IMG/VR virus record: IMGVR_UViG_2579778721_000001
Coordinates: 1 to 6,104 of that record
Reading direction: 5' to 3' (one strand)
Length of the DNA stretch: 6,104 nt
Origin: a virus
Taxonomy: Duplodnaviria > Heunggongvirae > Uroviricota > Caudoviricetes
The position numbers and the translations under genes were made by a program. Under the pieces are notes generated by a model. The model was given only the letters and a program-made list of their open reading frames with translations, searched no databases and was not told the DNA's origin. Positions 4,778 through 6,104 of this stretch are shown here, piece after piece (position 1 is the stretch's first letter; every line of letters begins with the position of its first letter).

Positions 4778-5170
4778 ATGGCAAAAGTATTTACACCAGA
4801 AGAGCGGGAAGAAGTGAAGGCGCGCATTGTGGAATTCGTGCGCCTGAGCGGACGAGAAACTTTTCGACAACTGGCAGATAAAACGGGTGTCAGTAAGACC
4901 GCTATTCGTCGTTTATCTGGTGCGCTTGCGGCCAGTGGTGATGTCTGGCTCTCTGGTTGCGGGGTATTTCCATCAGAGCAGGCGTATCGCGTATGGCGTA
5001 AGACACCGGAGAAGGCTGCTGACCCGACACTGATTCGAAAGTTACCTGACGGAGAAATACGTCGTTACAACAGACGGCAGAACATAATTTGTCGTGAGTG
5101 CCGCCAGAGCGAAGTTATGCAGCGTGTGCTGGCGTTCTATCGGGGAAACTTTCAGGAGGTGATGGAGTGA
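4778..5170 (+). CDS. Hypothetical winged-helix protein with C-terminal CxxC motif (130 aa from ATG 4778; the track ORF begins at TTG 4763)
   Basis: ORF in track. GGAGG SD (4768-4772) 5 nt before ATG 4778. The wHTH module EFVRLSGRETFRQLADKTGVSKTAIRRLSGALAASG is paralogous to module 2 of the upstream protein ([36 protein letters not shown]). Confidence 0.7.
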   Translation: MAKVFTPEEREEVKARIVEFVRLSGRETFRQLADKTGVSKTAIRRLSGALAASGDVWLSGCGVFPSEQAYRVWRKTPEKAADPTLIRKLPDGEIRRYNRRQNIICRECRQSEVMQRVLAFYRGNFQEVME

Positions 5171-5463
5171 GGGTCAGAGTTTATATTGCCGGTCCAATGA
5201 CGGGATATGAAAATTTCAACCGTGAGGCGTTTCACAAGGCGGAAGAGGAACTGAAACGGGAAGGGCATACCGTCTTAAACCCGGCAGTACTTCCGGACGG
5301 GCTGACACAGCCGCACTACATGGATATTTGCATGGCAATGATTCGTTGTGTGGATGCGATTTACATGCTGAATGGCTGGCAGCGGTCAGCGGGCGCTAAG
5401 GCAGAGCTGGCACTGGCGGAGAAACTGGGGCATGCAGTGATTTATCAGGAGGTGGCTCAATGA
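5167..5463 (+). CDS. DUF4406-like protein (nucleoside 2-deoxyribosyltransferase-like fold), 98 aa from GTG 5167
   Basis: Track ORF 5098..5463. Preferred start is GTG 5167, overlapping the upstream stop as GTGA, with GGAGG SD (5155-5159) 7 nt upstream. The N-terminal V-Y-I-A-G-P-M-T-G motif is typical of DUF4406 proteins (from memory). Confidence 0.65.
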   Translation: MRVRVYIAGPMTGYENFNREAFHKAEEELKREGHTVLNPAVLPDGLTQPHYMDICMAMIRCVDAIYMLNGWQRSAGAKAELALAEKLGHAVIYQEVAQ

Positions 5464-5921
5464 GAGAGGTTAACTATGAGGCGCTTCGTGAGGCAGCACA
5501 AAACTATCAGTCGACGCTGGCGTGGTATCAGGCTATCCCGGACAGCCCAAATGCTGAACGGGATTGTGATGCGGCTCTTGCTGCGTTTAAGCGTCACATC
5601 CGTCATCGGGAAGCGGATATTATCGCTGATTTGCTGGATGGACTGGAAGAAGCAAAATCACAACTCAACGAGCAGCGTGAGTATTACGAAGGCGTTATCT
5701 CTGATGGGAGCAAGCGTATTGCTGAACTGGAAGCGCGGGAAGTTCAATTACCGACTCGCTACGACCTTCGATATGGACACCCGATAAATGCAGATGAGCG
5801 ACATGTCATGATACCTAAAGAAAATGGCAGTTGGCTTTACCTGATTGACTTAGAACACGCATTACGCGTCGCTGGCATTCGCATCAAAGGAGAGGAGCAT
5901 GGAAATAAAACCAGAGGATGA
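5460..5921 (+). CDS. Hypothetical protein, 153 aa; N-terminus weakly reminiscent of Ead/Ea22-like phage proteins
   Basis: ORF in track. ATG 5460 overlaps the upstream stop as ATGA. AGGAGG SD (5447-5452) 7 nt upstream. The ALREAA N-terminal motif resemblance is from memory and low confidence. Confidence 0.6.
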   Translation: MREVNYEALREAAQNYQSTLAWYQAIPDSPNAERDCDAALAAFKRHIRHREADIIADLLDGLEEAKSQLNEQREYYEGVISDGSKRIAELEAREVQLPTRYDLRYGHPINADERHVMIPKENGSWLYLIDLEHALRVAGIRIKGEEHGNKTRG

Positions 5922-6104
5922 GTTAAGCAATATCGTTTTATTTCCGGTAAAAGAGGATGACCCTCGTAATCAGGTTAATTTTCTTTATGAGCCATCGGAA
6001 AGACCATATTGTCATCACGCCTCTGTTCGGGTTGACGAAAAAGAGCGTCAGGTCCGCTGTAAAATCTGCGGTGCAGTTGTGGAGCCGTTTGACTGGATGC
6101 TCTC
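5899..6104 (+). CDS. Hypothetical protein with Cys/His zinc-ribbon-like motif, 5' partial (runs off the window end)
   Basis: Manual translation from ATG 5899: MEIKPEDELSNIVLFPVKEDDPRNQVNFLYEPSERPYCHHASVRVDEKERQVRCKICGAVVEPFDWML..., open to the window end. SD AAGGAGAGGAG (5888-5898). Overlaps the upstream gene by 23 nt. Not in the track because no stop lies within the window. Confidence 0.5.
   Translation, partial: MEIKPEDELSNIVLFPVKEDDPRNQVNFLYEPSERPYCHHASVRVDEKERQVRCKICGAVVEPFDWML

Noticed and set aside
2403-4870. Minus-strand ORFs 2403..2606, 2634..2825, 2944..3294, 3414..3905, 3427..3699, 3712..4104, 3989..4231 and 4496..4870
   Set aside because: All are antisense to strongly supported plus-strand genes with SDs and family resemblance. 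Their translations are Ser/Arg/Pro-rich shadows typical of the antisense strand of GC-rich coding DNA, and none has a convincing RBS.
5476-5787. Plus-strand ORF of 103 aa overlapping the 5460..5921 gene
   Set aside because: Off-frame ORF within a gene that has a strong SD and ATGA coupling to the upstream gene; no independent start signals.

Overview
This window reads as the immunity/early-replication core of a lambdoid enterobacterial prophage of the Rac/Qin/CP-933 type. All calls are from reading the sequence and from remembered family resemblance; no database search was run. Left to right: a structured non-coding tract of about 350 bp; a leftward operon of three small proteins (72, 36 and 51 aa) driven by a pL-like promoter; a bidirectional intrinsic terminator; a minus-strand 153-aa HTH repressor with no LexA-type cleavage domain; a divergent pR; a Cro-like (YdaS-type) gene and a cII-like (YdaT-type) gene; an initiator gene with a DnaT-like C-terminal domain that carries two arrays of GTCACGAC iterons plus an AT-rich tract (putative origin); a lambda-P-like helicase loader overlapping the initiator 3' end; then a translationally coupled operon of two winged-helix proteins, a DUF4406-like protein and two unknowns (the last truncated by the window edge). 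I find no rRNA, tRNA, CRISPR, transposase or integrase. I do not see a confidently novel multi-gene system; the most noteworthy items are the origin embedded in the initiator gene, the 212-nt out-of-frame initiator/loader overlap, a shared operator motif over the -10 of both early promoters, two small ORFs missing from the ORF track, and a possible DicF-like sRNA 5' end at the left edge.
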